Shown: positions 20,201 to 35,200 of the stretch, piece by piece
Numbering within the stretch: the stretch's first letter is position 1
How the letters are laid out: each line of letters opens with the position of its first letter
Assembly (NCBI GenBank): GCA_934748015.1
Contig: CAKVHF010000001.1
Coordinates: 80,918 to 144,917, forward strand
DNA length: 64,000 nucleotides
Direction of reading: 5' to 3'
Source of the DNA: an uncultured Clostridia bacterium
GTDB lineage: Bacteria; Bacillota; Clostridia; Christensenellales; UBA1242
The notes under the pieces: model-generated
What the model was told of the DNA's origin: nothing
Database searches by the model: none
The model's input: only the letters and a program-made list of their open reading frames with translations
Translations under genes and position numbers: made by a program

Positions 20201-23200
20201 ATGGTGAGTTGCGCTTGATATTTAATATGTCTAATGTAATAGACCGTTTGAACAAATCAAATATCAGTGACCAAGACATATATGATGCTATATTTGGTAA
20301 AGACAATACATCTAAGAAACTAGACTTGGCAATTGTTGCTGAGCAATTTAGTTCTCGTAGAGCATTAGACTATGTTACTCTTACTCTTACTGCTGCCAAC
20401 ATGGTAGATAAGGTTGTGCTAAGTAATATTGTCAATGATGGCGTATCTAGTGCGGTAGAAGATGATGGCTTGTATGCGGAGCAGAGAAATATCACTAATA
20501 GCAATAACATCTACGATATCAATTATGTTATAACTGGCAAAGATGCCAATAGAGCAATATATAACACCAATGTAAGATTGCAATATGGCAATTCTACAGC
20601 GGTAAATGGCAGAAATGTGTTTGAGATTGTAGATGAAAATGGCAATGTTTTGGTTGATGCCAATGGCGTTGCAACTAATTATTTCAAGAACAATTCTTAT
20701 CATGCATACATCAGACTAACTGGTGTTCCTGGTACTCAGATATTGTATATTTCTAGCGAAGACTCCTTTACAATAGTAAATGAAAACATTGTAAGAGATA
20801 ACTCTAAGACTATTAGTTACACAATCTCGGTTAGCGATGGTTCGGCAGAGTATCCTTATAGGATATACAATGTAAATGACTACGCTAGGATGTTGCAAGA
20901 TATTAGAAATGATAATTACTATCACTATACAATTGTAAGAGATATCAATCTTAGCAATGATACTCGATTTAGTCCTAGTGCGTTGAGTGACATCAATGTT
21001 GTTAACGGATCGGGTAAAACATTTGCCATAAACGGTAAATATAGTTATACATCTATGTCTGGTGAGGTTATTAACAACGCTAGACACAAGATCATGTTAG
21101 ATTGGTCTAATGCAACTATCTCTACCTCTGACACAGTTAATTCCTTTGGTCTATTTGCATCTATCAGTGGTGTAAAGATTACCAATGTAACACTTTCAAT
21201 CAATGCTAATATCTTAGCAAAAATAGATAATGATGCCTATATTGGTGGATTTGCTGGTAAGATTAGCGGAAGTAGTGAGTTGATCAATTGTCAGGTTGAG
21301 GGTACAATCCTATATACTGAGTTAACAACTAGCATTAACGGGAAAACTGTATATCTTGGCTCTATGGCAGGCGAGGTTGTCGATAGTAAAGTGTATGTAG
21401 ACGAGGTTAAGCAATTTGGTCAAAACTTTGATGTCTACACCAATATCAAGTTATATAGACAGAAGTCTGACACTACTGGTGTATCTAATACCATCGTTAA
21501 CAAAATGATGATTGGTGGTGCATTTGGTGCTATCACTAATAGTGATCAAACTAAAGGTAAATATAGCGGATTGTCTGTATTTGCACAGATAATTGAAGCA
21601 ACATATCTTGATGGTATATTAAGCACTGATAACGGAAGTTATATTGGTGGCGTAGTTGGCTCTGCAGGAAATGCAAAACTTACTAATATCGAGTCTTATC
21701 CATATATCCGAGCTACACGCAATGTAGGTGGTATGGTAGGAACAATGAGTGGCTCAAATATATCCCTATCTAAGGTTTACTTCATAAGTAATTACAGCAA
21801 CGAGAAGTCAGTTACAGCAATTGATGCTAGCGATATGGTTGGTGGCATGGTTGCTAATGCTGATGGTAATAATAATACAATCGAGTATTCTTATGTTCGT
21901 GGTTTCAATCGCAATAATCCTGATGGTAAGAACTATCTAGGTGATATGCATATTCCATCTAATACAGTTTCCTTTGGTGGCTTGGTTGCCAATATAGGAA
22001 GTGGAAAGTTAATAATTGATCGTGTGTACTTTGATGCAACAATCGGCTTCAACGGGTTGACAACAAAAAGTAGTAAAAATGATGCTAAGAACGTACTTAT
22101 AGGAAATGCTAATGAAAATAATTGCAACTTTGCTAGCAATGTTACAGGTGCATACGCAATTGTTAGAACTAACTTTCCCGATCAAATGACATACAAAGAG
22201 ACTGGATCAACAACATTTATAAGTAATTATTTAACTAGTTTTGGCAAAAATGGCTATCTATATATCAATGGTCAAGAGATTACTTACAGTCTTAATTCTA
22301 CCATAACTGACGGATTAGGCATTAATGCAAACAATAACAATAATACTTATGCATGGTTCTATAATAAAAATTATGCAGATGTCAACAATAGACATCCAAT
22401 GTTGTTGTATCGCAACACAGTATTGTACGATATCATCCCATCCGGTATTGATATTAAGATCCAAACTGACACAGTTAGAAATAATAACCTTGGCTGGTTG
22501 ATTGTAAATAATGACACTGATAATCCAAACAGAAATAGTCAAGTAATTATATTCCATAGTTCCAATTCAGAAGGCAAAACAAATAGATATGTTAACAAGT
22601 ATGTAATTGGTGTAACCAAGGAAGGGAATACTAACTTCAATACTGCAGATGGTTATACATATAACAACTTTATTGCACTAGAATTGCTAGGTAGTGTGAT
22701 TAAGACTGATTATATTAAGTTAATGGCAAAAGATGGCTTTACATTGTCAGTTAAGGGTAATGATACTGGCATTATCTCTATAGATGGCAACATTATTACA
22801 ACCAATGGCTATGGCAGAGTAACACTAGTTGTATCTTATCTATTAGATAGTTCTATCTATGCCGAGATTGAACTTATTGTATATAGCAATATTTACAAGA
22901 TGAATATGACATATACAACAGATAGCCTTAGTAGGGCAACCGATCTTAAAGACACAACTAACAAGGTATTTGTTAACGAAGAGATGTATCTAACTGCTAA
23001 TGTAGTTAATATGTACGATGGTGGCTTTATTGCTCAGAATATCTATTTTGATGTTGAAACAGATATGGGTGCAAGACTAGAAATATTGAAAGATTCTGGC
23101 AAGTTCACATATGCAGGCACAACATACTCTTATGATGAAAATGATAAAGATAATAACTATATATATATAGATAGTATATTAACTAATCGTATCTTCACAA

Positions 23201-26200
23201 TTACTCCAGTAGAGAACAAGAACATCATATTCAATATCACACCTTACTACACAGTTGATACAACTAAGGTTATGGTTGATAGCAGATCTGCAGACTATAC
23301 TATTAAGGTTAGTGCAAGAGCGACAAGTATTGTTATCAATGGCAACAAGACTAGTGCTGAGTTATCTGCTATCGGTACTCAGAACCTAGAATTGGCTATT
23401 ACAACAGCCAATGTGGTTGAGGAAAACGGCAAGTACAGATTGAAAAATCATTCTTTCAACATGTCTGTATACTCCAAAGTATCCAACGAATTAATTGGAA
23501 CAGTTAATAATGTATGTGAACTGGTTGATGAAGTTAAGAATGCAACATTTACACTTGACGAAATTACAGAATTCGACAACATTGTATTTAGCAACAATTA
23601 TTTCAAAGATACACTTATGAATGTTAAGTTGACAGGAATTAAAATTTCTGCAACAGGTAACAACGATTATGTTGTAACATATTATCTATCACTTGTGTTT
23701 AACAAGACAGAGTATCAACGCAACTACAGCACTATCAATATGATCAATGCTGATTATCACATTGTATTTACTCCTAGTTCCAATAGTACAATTGATACTG
23801 TATTCGATTGCAAAATCAAATTAAACAATCCAGTAGATATAGACTTCAATTTCTATACCAATGCGGAGACTAAAGACGGCGAGTTTAACCCACAAGAGGT
23901 TGAGAGTAAATATATTGCACCGGGCAGAAATGGACTTATTAAGTTGCAAATATTTGAAGATTTCAACTCTGCCGATCGTATTGATATGTATTTTGATACC
24001 AACTATCTACAATACATCAGTTACAATCAGATGACTGCATTGACTAGTGTAATTGCTACTAACAATATGGCATATATCACTGGCTATAAAGATATCGAAC
24101 CATATCTTATCTATGAAAATGGTCGTGCAATAGGTATAAGACTAGACAATATTACTTCTACCTACGGCAATACCGAGTTCTTTAACAATATATTCTATAT
24201 TAAGTTGAAGATGCAGAACGAAACTCCTGCAAGCCTAATTGCTAGTGACAAATATCTAGATATTACTATCAAGGCATACGATTATAATGGTCAGCAAGTT
24301 ATGACAGATAGATCGGAGAGATTGATTATTGAGACTCTTCCTGTTGCAGATATCTCCATTGACGGCACAGACTTGACAGTTCTTGAAGTAGGCGACTACA
24401 AAGAGATCGTTTGGGATGCTTACAATTACAACACTTTGCCAGAGGATGAAGTTGACGGCAAATATGGTGTTAAGGTTAATGTAAAATATGCTTATGATGA
24501 ATTAAAAGATTATATGTTCGTAGTAGATGAGGCAGGACTAGAGGCTTATATCAACCTTAAGAGGGACGATATCAGCGACACTGATCGTGCTAAATATCAA
24601 GATATCTTGACTAAATATATCTCTGCTGAAGAGTACACATTCTATATATCTAACACTAACGTTAAGGACAAGTACTATCTAGTGTCTAGGGCAGATATAA
24701 TGGATAGTGATATCGATGATCCATACAGATATATGTATGATCGTATGGATGCCAACGGTAACAGCATGACTATTGAGAAATATTGTTATGCATCTATTAT
24801 TATCACTCTTAGTGTTGAGAAGACCATCAATAATACTATCGAGGTTGCAACTGACGAGGTTGGTGTACAATTAGTACCAGTAGAACTTAAAGATTTGAGC
24901 CTTACTGGACACACAGAGGTGGGTAACGAGCATACATTCCAGGTTCTTAACGGAACATACACAGGTCTTGGCTTTGATATTAACAAAGAGAGCATAAGAT
25001 CTATCGAGGGTGAGTATTCTTACGAGGCTTACAATAATAAGAATGCCGGCAATGGTGCAGAACTAAAAAATTATGATTACTTCTATTACAATGGCAAGTA
25101 CTACAATATTGCTGATTATGCTGACAAAGTATATAGCATCTACAAGGTAAATTCTGATGATCTAATTTGGACTAGAGAATCTGCTGATGGCAAGACTATT
25201 CCAGACAACTATTATTATCTATATAGTTCGGTTGATAAGGGTGAGATATATCAGGCAGTATATGTTAAGATTAACTTTGCAGACGATGCCACAACCAACA
25301 GATATGACCGTATAGATAGTGGCTATTATGGTATTAATGGAATGACTATCAACAATAGTCAAGCAAGATTTAGTTATATTGATGACAACCAAAATGCTGT
25401 TATCGCTGGTTATGGTGAAGACAATGTATATGTATACTACTTTGTGTACAATGATGCCAAAAGAGGACAAAGTATTGCTCTAGTTAAGAGGTTGGAGGGC
25501 AATCAAGGCTTCAGTTATTATAACGAACAAGATGTTCCAGTAACAACTGGCAATACTCCTGAGGTTATCACTGCAGGTTGGTACAACGTTGGCAGTTCGG
25601 AATTCTTGAAATTATTCCCTACTATCACTCAATCCAGTGTCAGATCATCTACACTTAATAGATTTGTAGATGTATTAACCGAATATGGATATAACTATGA
25701 ATTATCCACTGATAACAGTAAGATTGAATATGTAGATCGTACTGATCTAAATAATGTAATCTATCATACAATCATTGATGTTAGTGACCCTACTGCAGTT
25801 ACTTCTTATCTATATGGATATACCAATGTTAAGTTCATCAAGAACCAGTTTGGTAAATATATCAACTACAATAGTAGATATATCAATGTAGATGAATCTA
25901 GAGGCAAGATATATTGCAAGGATGAAGTGCAAGGTGATATCAACACACCTGCAACATATGGCACAATTGCTAACTATTATGCTGATATGGGTAACAATAA
26001 CTATGCACTTATCGCTAGTACATACACAACAACTAGTGTTGCAACTACAACAGATTATTATCGTTACAGAATTGCAGACTTCACAACACTAGAGAAGGAG
26101 AGATTTACTCTTAGCGGTATATCTGTATTTACAGTAGACAAAGATGGTAATAAAGATTATGTAGTTGACTCTAGGGCTAACTTCTATTATCTTGACTCAG

Positions 26201-29200
26201 CCAATTCAACTACTAGATATATCCCTATCAATGTAGGTGATACAACTGCTAGTTACTTAAATAAGTTCCAATTGTGTCGTACTGAGAAGACAATTGTAAG
26301 GAATGGCGTAACATATTATCTAGAGTATTACGCTATTAAGGCAATCAGTGTTAGTGACGATACTGTGATTATGGCACAGGTTGATTACTTCTATGATAAG
26401 GACGGTATAATCAGAGCATTTGTTGATAGACTAGGTAATTCATCAGGTGGTGATGGTATCCATGATGCTAGAGAGGGATACGAGTTAGACGCTGAGGGCA
26501 ACAAGGTTCAATACCGCAAAGAAGGTAATCTAATATACGAGTATATCTATGATGAAGCAACCAATACTTACACCAAGGCAACATATTCTGGTTGTTGTGG
26601 ATATAAGTTGTATCGTTACGATTATCAATTTAGATTGATTATCAATGTTAACTCTAGTTATGACAATCCTATCCCTATCTATGACCAAGAAGACTTCGAA
26701 GCAATGCTTAATGGTCAATCATCGGTAGATGACAATGGTCAGGTGGTTGTAGGACAACATTACATTATGATGAATAACATCAAGTTGACTAATTATTCGC
26801 TAGTAGACAACAACGCTATTGGCAATATCGGCTCTCTTGATGGTAATGGTTATACTCTAACAATCCAGAGTTTTGATACCACTGGTGTTAGAGATAGCAA
26901 GTTAACTAACTTTGGTATATTTGGTACAATTAGCGAAAATACAATTATTAAGAACTTAAATATTAACATTGCACCTTTGCTAGTTACTAGTGACAATGTT
27001 AATACATCACAAGACTTGATCAAGAACTATACAACCAAGGAAGCAATCAATGCTTACGTTGGTAGTAGTGATTATAGAGATCTTAGCAGATACTATGGTG
27101 TAGACCTAAATGCTCAGACTAGCCGTTACTTTGGTAGTGCCAGCGTAGATTTAAGCTTTATGTCAGGTATCAATTTTGGTATCCTTGCTGGTGAGAACAA
27201 AGGTAGCGTAACCAATGTTAAGATAGTTGCACTAGATGACAATATTCTTGATAACGAAAATTCTGAGTATGACAATGACACCAAGAAGGTGACTATCAGC
27301 AATACTTCTTATCAAGGTGATGCTTATACAGTGCTTAATGACGAGAGTATTAAGGCAGGTTATGTAACAACCAATGATTGTATGTATCTATATGTTGCTT
27401 CTAGCCAAGTAATAGATGGTACATACACATCTAACAATATTGCTCCATTTGTAGCAGTCAATAGTGGAATTATAACCAACAGCAGTTCCGGTATACTTGA
27501 CAAAGAAATGGACATAGTCGATGACCTTAATAACATCGTAGTTAGTGAACCTTCTAACGAAAACACATCTACCAGAATGCAGTATTATTTCAATGAAAAT
27601 AATGCAGTAGATGGCAGAGGAACAAGTGCTTATGTTAATATCAAACCATATTATGTAGCAGGTAGCGGAAATATCTCCGGATTTGTTGCTAACAATGCAA
27701 ACGATGCAGTTATCAGTTCTTCATTTGTTAAGGGCGTGGGCATATACAATACAACTCAGATATCACAGAGTTCTAGCGAAAGCAATGCTAGTATCTATAC
27801 TGCAGGTTTTGTAGTAAATAACGCTGGTGTTATCCTTAATGCACATGCCAGTGCTTATAGTTATGATAGTGCTGACAATATGGGCGAATTTATTGCTAAC
27901 AAAGACAAGTATGATGTAAGGTCTTCAGGCAATATTAGCGGATTTGTGTACAATAACGAATCTACTGGTATAATCACCAATGCATACTCTGCATTAGCAC
28001 TCGCAACTAAGGCTAACAATACTGCAGGCTTTGTATACATCAATTCTGGCGCTATCAAGCATGCATATTCTTCAACATACAGTACAGTTATAGACAGTAC
28101 AGGTGGCAGTTCTTCTAGAGCATACGGATCATTCTTCCGTAGGCAGGACTCCAATTATACTGGCACATTTGAAGATTGTTATTATCTAGTTGATACACGC
28201 AAGACACAATCTATAGTCGATGATCCAGCATCTGCTATTGAACATAGTGCAAGCAATCTGTCATTCTTGACTCCAGATTCATTTATCAATTTTGCTTTTG
28301 CTAGCAAAATCGGCATAGATGATGACAGTAGTGTATGGTACATGACTGCTAATGGTCCAAAACTATTGTCTATTATTAGTAGTACATTCTCACACAGACA
28401 ACTTGTTGGCGTAACTGGATTGGAAAATTCTAGTTCACCAGAACTAAGTTATCAAGTAGTTGAATATGTTACACTTAATGTTAATTACACAACTAAGGAT
28501 GCTGGTGGCAATGACACAATCACTAGCGGATTTAAGAGATTGTTCATCAATAGCGATTCTACTCTTAAGGTAGAGGGCGATCTAGAAGATAGACTATATA
28601 AGTTGGACGGAGACAAATATGTATACTACAATGGTGACACTAAGGTTACTGACAATGGAACAGATATTACTATTGATGTAGAAGTATTTAATAGATTGGA
28701 TAAGTTTAGTACTCTAGTTGCTACTTTGGATAAAGATGGCAACGAGGTATGGTCAACACTAGATCTACTAGATATTGCAGTAGAGGATTACAACAATTAC
28801 ATCTTCAGTTATATGTATGATGCTGATTGTGTGTATGGAACTAAGAACAATCCATTGTTGGTAGATAGTGCAGAGAGATTTGTTAACTATATTATCAACA
28901 ATTCTCACGAAGAGAATAGACTGGACGAGAATGGTAACGAGGTTAAGGATGCCAATGGCGACAATGTAATCGATCGTATATTTGGTGCTGGTTATAAGGA
29001 TGACAATAACAACAACTTAGTTGTTAATAATGTCGTAAAATACTTAAGACAAATCAACCATCTTGACTTTGGCAAGCATGGCAAAGATGATGTTAATATT
29101 TTGCAAGATAAGAACAACAACTATAATAAATATTTGAAAGAAATAATCTTCAATGGTGTATATCAAGGTAACAGCCTAGATATCAACAATCTTAACCTTA

Positions 29201-32200
29201 CAGATATGATCAATGATCAATCTAGTGTGTCTAAGAACTTCTATGGATTATTCTCTCAGATGGGTATATACACTGTATCAACAACGGATCCTAATAATGT
29301 AAATAATGTAATAGTATATAGTAATACAGCAGTATTTAAGGATGTTAATATTGAGGTTGTAGAATTCTCTTCTACCGCAATGTCGACAGGCGTAATTGCT
29401 GGTATTGTATACAATAGTGCAATTATCAATGTCAATATCGCTAGTGTTATGAGTGATTATTCTATTATCAAAGGTAGAAACTATGTAGGTGCTATCTCTG
29501 GTATAGTAATTGATAGCAAGATACTAGACACTACAGTATCAAGAATGGCAGTAGTTACAACTACAGACAGTTCAATTGTTCCTAGTATTACTAACAATAT
29601 GTATGACGACTATTTGAGTTGGCGTGCAATAGATAGTTCTAACAAGGATCAGACAATTATTACTTCGTTTAAATCATTTGATCTAGATTATACTGACAAG
29701 AGTGTCGCAGAGATCTATAGTCAATTCAATGCTAAGATCAATGTAGAGATGTCATCTAGTTTCAACTCTATGTCCTATGCAGGATTGGTTGCCGGTGTAG
29801 TTATCAACACTAAGCCACTGGATGGCTTTGAACAGACTGCTGATGCTCTTAGAAGTGCACAAGACCAGATCAATGATGTTAAGGTTATGGATAACTTTAG
29901 CGTAATATCTATCAATGCAGGTGGATTATTTGGTTATGTATCAGAGAATACACATATCAAGAATGCAAAATTGATAGTCGAGAACAATACTGAGACTGAG
30001 GCAGATCGTATCAATCAGAAGATTGTAGGAACTAACTTTGTAGGTGGTATTGTTGCGGAGAACTACGGTATCATAGAGCGTGGACAGGTTGTGTATGTAG
30101 ATGATACGCAAGCCGAAAAAGATGTCGAGGTTGCTAGCCACAACTATACAGGTGCAGATACTGAGACAAACAATATTGATACTATCTTCTCACTTGCACA
30201 AGGATCTACAGGCAGTGTAGGTACTGGCAATGTAGTAAGTGTAGGTGGTATCGCAGGATTTAACAAATATGGTTCTATCATAGATAGTTATAACAGAGTT
30301 AATGTCACTAACAAGAATGCACTTGTTGCTGGTGGTATTGTGGGTTATGCATCTGATAAGTCATATATTGGTTATACATTTACAACTGCTAATGTTATTT
30401 CTAGCAAAGTAATTGGTGGTCTTGTAGGTTTCTACAATATCGAGAATGCACTAGATGATACAAGCGTAATTGTAGTTGACAAGTGCTTTGCAATCAACCT
30501 ATGGGATAATCAGATAGATAAGATTTTGCAAGACAATAGCAATATGACCAAAGATTATGTTCTTCGTATGCCAGAACTGGGCAACCAGCCAATTGCCGAG
30601 GCAACTAAGGTTCAGGCTCTTCCTATCCAAGAGGGTGGAACAGAATATAATTATGTTGAGAAGATTGACGAGTCTAGCATTAATAATTCTAAGAATATAT
30701 ATATAGGTTCTATGATTGGTTATGCAGGTGTAAGCCGTAAGACTGCTTCTGCAACTATCATATCTGGTGGCAAAACTTATGTAACTAACTATTATGTAAA
30801 AGATGCCAATGGCAACGATGTAATTATGCTTGACAATAGCAAAAATTATCTTGCTGGTATATTTGATAAAGAAGCAAATACAGAGAAGGTAAAAGGCTTT
30901 AGCACAACTTATGCTAAACTGGTTAGAAAGAGTGGCGAATCTGTTGATCAGACTGTTATGGAGTATGATGACAGACACAATGTTGCAACTGCTCAACTAT
31001 ACAATGGTGTTGCAGACGAGAGCTTTGGACTAGATAAATTATTAATCGAAGAACAAGATACAGAGAAGGCAACATATTATTGGGATAAGACTACAGGCGA
31101 AGTTCTTCTTAAGGCAGTAGCAGAAGGTAAAGGTCTTAACTTAACTGGTAAGTTGTATGTTGTCAATACTGCTGACTATAGTGCGGGCAAAGTATATGCA
31201 GATTATTCTTATGCTAGTGCATTAGGCAAGCAGACTAGACAATTATTTTTACAGAATATTCTAGGGGTATACAACAATCTTAAGGAAGCAGATACAGACG
31301 ATTACACTCAACAAGAGATTGATACGTTTACATCTGTTAACTTATTTGAGAAAGATTATGTAGAATATAGTTACACTGCTGATGGCGAAAGAGATATGTC
31401 TGTTACACCTCTGACAATTGATGCTAAGTTTGTAGAAGCAACTGGCACACAAGAGCCAGTATGGAAGATGCAAGATAACAATGTATTGCCAGAGTATATA
31501 GTAGGCAAGTACTCTAATTATGTAACTATTCATAATACCGAAGAATTGATTCAAGCACTATCCAGCAACAATACAACCAAGATTTACTCTTTGATGTACA
31601 ACAATGCTGGGTCTAACGAGGCAATTAAATATAACATTTATATCAATCAGAAAGATGTAATATATAACTATGCAATGTTTAACACGATCTTCCGTGGAAC
31701 TTTGCAAGGTAAGTATTATGATGTAGCTAATAATAATGCTGTGTTAGATTCTGATGTTGACCATACACCAGTTATCAATATCTATACAGGCAATTCTCGT
31801 GGTGCATATGCACTAATCAATCAATTTGATTCTGCCGTTATCAAGAATGTTAACTTCAATATCATTATTGATGCAAGCGATGCAGATAATTATACTAATA
31901 TTTATGGCAACAGCAATGGATCGTTCGGATTCCTTGCAACGAGCCTAACAACAACTACTATCAACAATGTAAAAGTTACTTTTAGTAGCATGGAGAGTGG
32001 CAAAGAGATTTACTTGAAGTTGGTAGACAGAGTAGAGGAATCAGGACTAAAGGTTGTTAACAACTTTGGTATGGTATTTGGTTCTTCTATCAATACAACA
32101 ATTGATGGCTTGACTATCAATTATAACAATAATGTATATATTACTACTGGATTGACCAACAGTCTGTCATTAGGTATCGGTTATGCTAGCGGTAATATTA

Positions 32201-35200
32201 TCAATGGATTTAGTATTGAGGGTAGTGAGGGCAATAAGACATTATTTGTTAGACTTAACAATAACCGAATCAACAACGGCAACTCGCTTAACATAGGTGG
32301 CGTTATTGCCAAGAACAATTACAATGTTAATAATAATGTAATAAGCAATGTTAATATAGACTTAAGTTATAACGAAGTAGAGAGAGAAGCTCTTAAGACA
32401 TTTGGCTTCAACTTCAATATCTACTTGGGTGGACTATACGGCTATTCTATGGCTGGTTCTACTAATGACGCTAAGTATATTGCTAATAATGTTAATATTT
32501 CGTTAACAAGATCTAGCTTTACACTAGATGGTGGTTATCAGGCAATCTACGTTGGTGGTATCGCTGGTTACGCAATCAACAATAGCATAACTAATGCTCT
32601 TGCTAGTGCTAGTGAGGTAAGTGAAGGTGTTGCTACTTACACTAAGTTGATTGCAGAAATTGATTATGTTAATACATATATCGGTGGACTTGTAGGTTAC
32701 AATGGAAGAAACAGTTCTGTTTCTGGCAATGATAACCAGACATGGGTAGACATGTATTTGACACTTACAGGCTCTAATAGTGCATTTGTAGGTGGAATAG
32801 TAGGTTATAACGCAACAGGTGCTAGCAAAACTAACACTAATTGCGTAAGTTATGGCACAATACTTATCAATGATGGCATAGATCTTAAGACGTTGTCTAT
32901 CTATGTGGGTGGTATCGCAGGATATTCTGCTTCTGGCGAGTATCAATTAGTAACCAATTATGGCGATATTATGACTTGGAACTATGGAAGATTTGTTAAT
33001 AATAATAAGCCTGATGTAGATCCAAGAATGAATAATGATAAATTGACTGCTAAGTTATTAAAGGATGATATAACCAAAAACACTAAGAATGCAAAGTACT
33101 TTGTAGGTGGATTGATTGGTTATGCAAGCAATGCAACAATCAAGCAATTTGCCAACATGGGTGATATCTATTATGTACTAGGCTCCAACAACTTCTATGG
33201 CGGAATAATTGGTTATAGTAGACTTACTCCTATTGCATTAAATAGTGGTATATCTTATGCTAGATTCTATACTTATGATAATGCTCAGAATAGCAGATAT
33301 AATGCTAATCTATATACAATAGCAGAGGGTTGCAACAGCAACGGAACCAAAGATGTATATTACATCCAAGAGTTCTATGCTAAATATTCTGATCTATATC
33401 AGAGTTACAAGAATGAAGTGAAAGTAGTAGATCCTACTACTGGAAATAACGAAATCAAGATCCAAAACACCGAGTACAACGGCACTCAGGTATATGGATA
33501 CAATACAATTGCATATTTCAATGCATTGAGAGACGGAATTGGTTCAAACAACTTGCAATTGAAATACAACACTGCAGTCGAGAAAGAATCTTATTATCCA
33601 GAACTATATGCTAAGATGAATGCACAGACAGGTGTTACAGATAGCATTACAGATTATTATGTAGTTGGAACTACTACTACTGATACTCTAGGAGGAAAAC
33701 CAGTTGTATTTGTAGGTGCAAATGATAATACTACCGATATTACATTTGATGCTCCTATAGATATTGATTCAAATAGTATTTATTCTTCTCTTCGTGTAAT
33801 AGTTAATAGCACAGAGCCTGCAGAAAATATTTATTCACCATTTGTAAATACAAATAATGGTAGAATAATTAACTGTATTACTTACGGTGAAGTTACTAGA
33901 GATTTTGATGAAAATGACCAAATTAGCTCATTTGCTATAGTAAATAAGGGTGATATTGTAAGATCTGGCGCAGTTGTAACTTATACTGGTAAGTTCACAA
34001 TTGCTGGCACATATACCGAAGATAAGGGTGCAATAACAAGCATTGATAGTGATTTTGTATTCTCTGGATTTGTAGGTGATAACAATGGTCGTATATCTGA
34101 TTGTTATTCAACTGCAAATATTGATCATATCAATAAGGTAGAACAAAAACGTGACGACCAAATCAACTTAACTGGAGATAGCAAAACGTCAGATCATCTT
34201 AACATTGCAGGTCTTGTTTACAAACAAAGTACTAAGACTGACAATGTATATGTAAGCAATTCTTTCCATTCTGGCAAAGTAATTGATTATACAACACCAG
34301 CAATTAGATATGGTGTAGATCAAGATGGAAATATAGGTATATTAACCAAAGATTATAGTGGTCAAGGTAATAATATCTATGACAATAGCAATGTAGAAGA
34401 TCTAGAAGATGGCGTTGTAAAATATTTCAACGACACAGACGATGCGGGTTATAATATTTGGAAAAAGGCTGATAGCCAAAATATCAACTATAACCAATAC
34501 TATATCAACAACATTTGTGTAGAAGGCAAAGATAAATATGCTATGACTGGTATTCAGGCAATATTTACATACTCTGGCAAAACTCAGAATAATGCAGAAT
34601 ATAATAGTTTGTCTGTAGCAGAAAGTGGTGCAGTTGACAAAACTGGAGTATTTAGTAGCGGAAAATATTATCAAATAGATGCTTTGGAGACTATTCAAAA
34701 AACTGGTGACAAAACACGTTCTTATAAATTATTCCAAAACGACTCCAATGCAATTATTATTGAGACTCCTAGAGACTTTGCAAGATTGATTAAGAAATAT
34801 AACAATTCTACACTTACGGCTAATGTTTACCTTTTGGCAGATGAGTTGGATATGTCAGGATTGCTAGGTGTTAATTATTCTGGTATTGAGAAATTAAAAG
34901 GCAATATATATGGTTTTGGTTCAACCAATACATTGCCTAACATGGGTGTGGTTATTAAGAATTTGACATTGTCTACACCTTTGGTAGTTAAAAACAATGG
35001 TGAGATCAAAGGTCTAGTTATAGATAATGCTAATATAATAGGCGGACATTCTGTACTTACCGATGAAAATAATGGAACAATACAATATGTTTCTATTATC
35101 AACACAACACTTACTGTAGATGCCAACAACATTGGTTTGTTTGCAACTGAGAACGAAGGCACAATTGACAGTGTTTACTTGTTAAATGATACAATCAGTG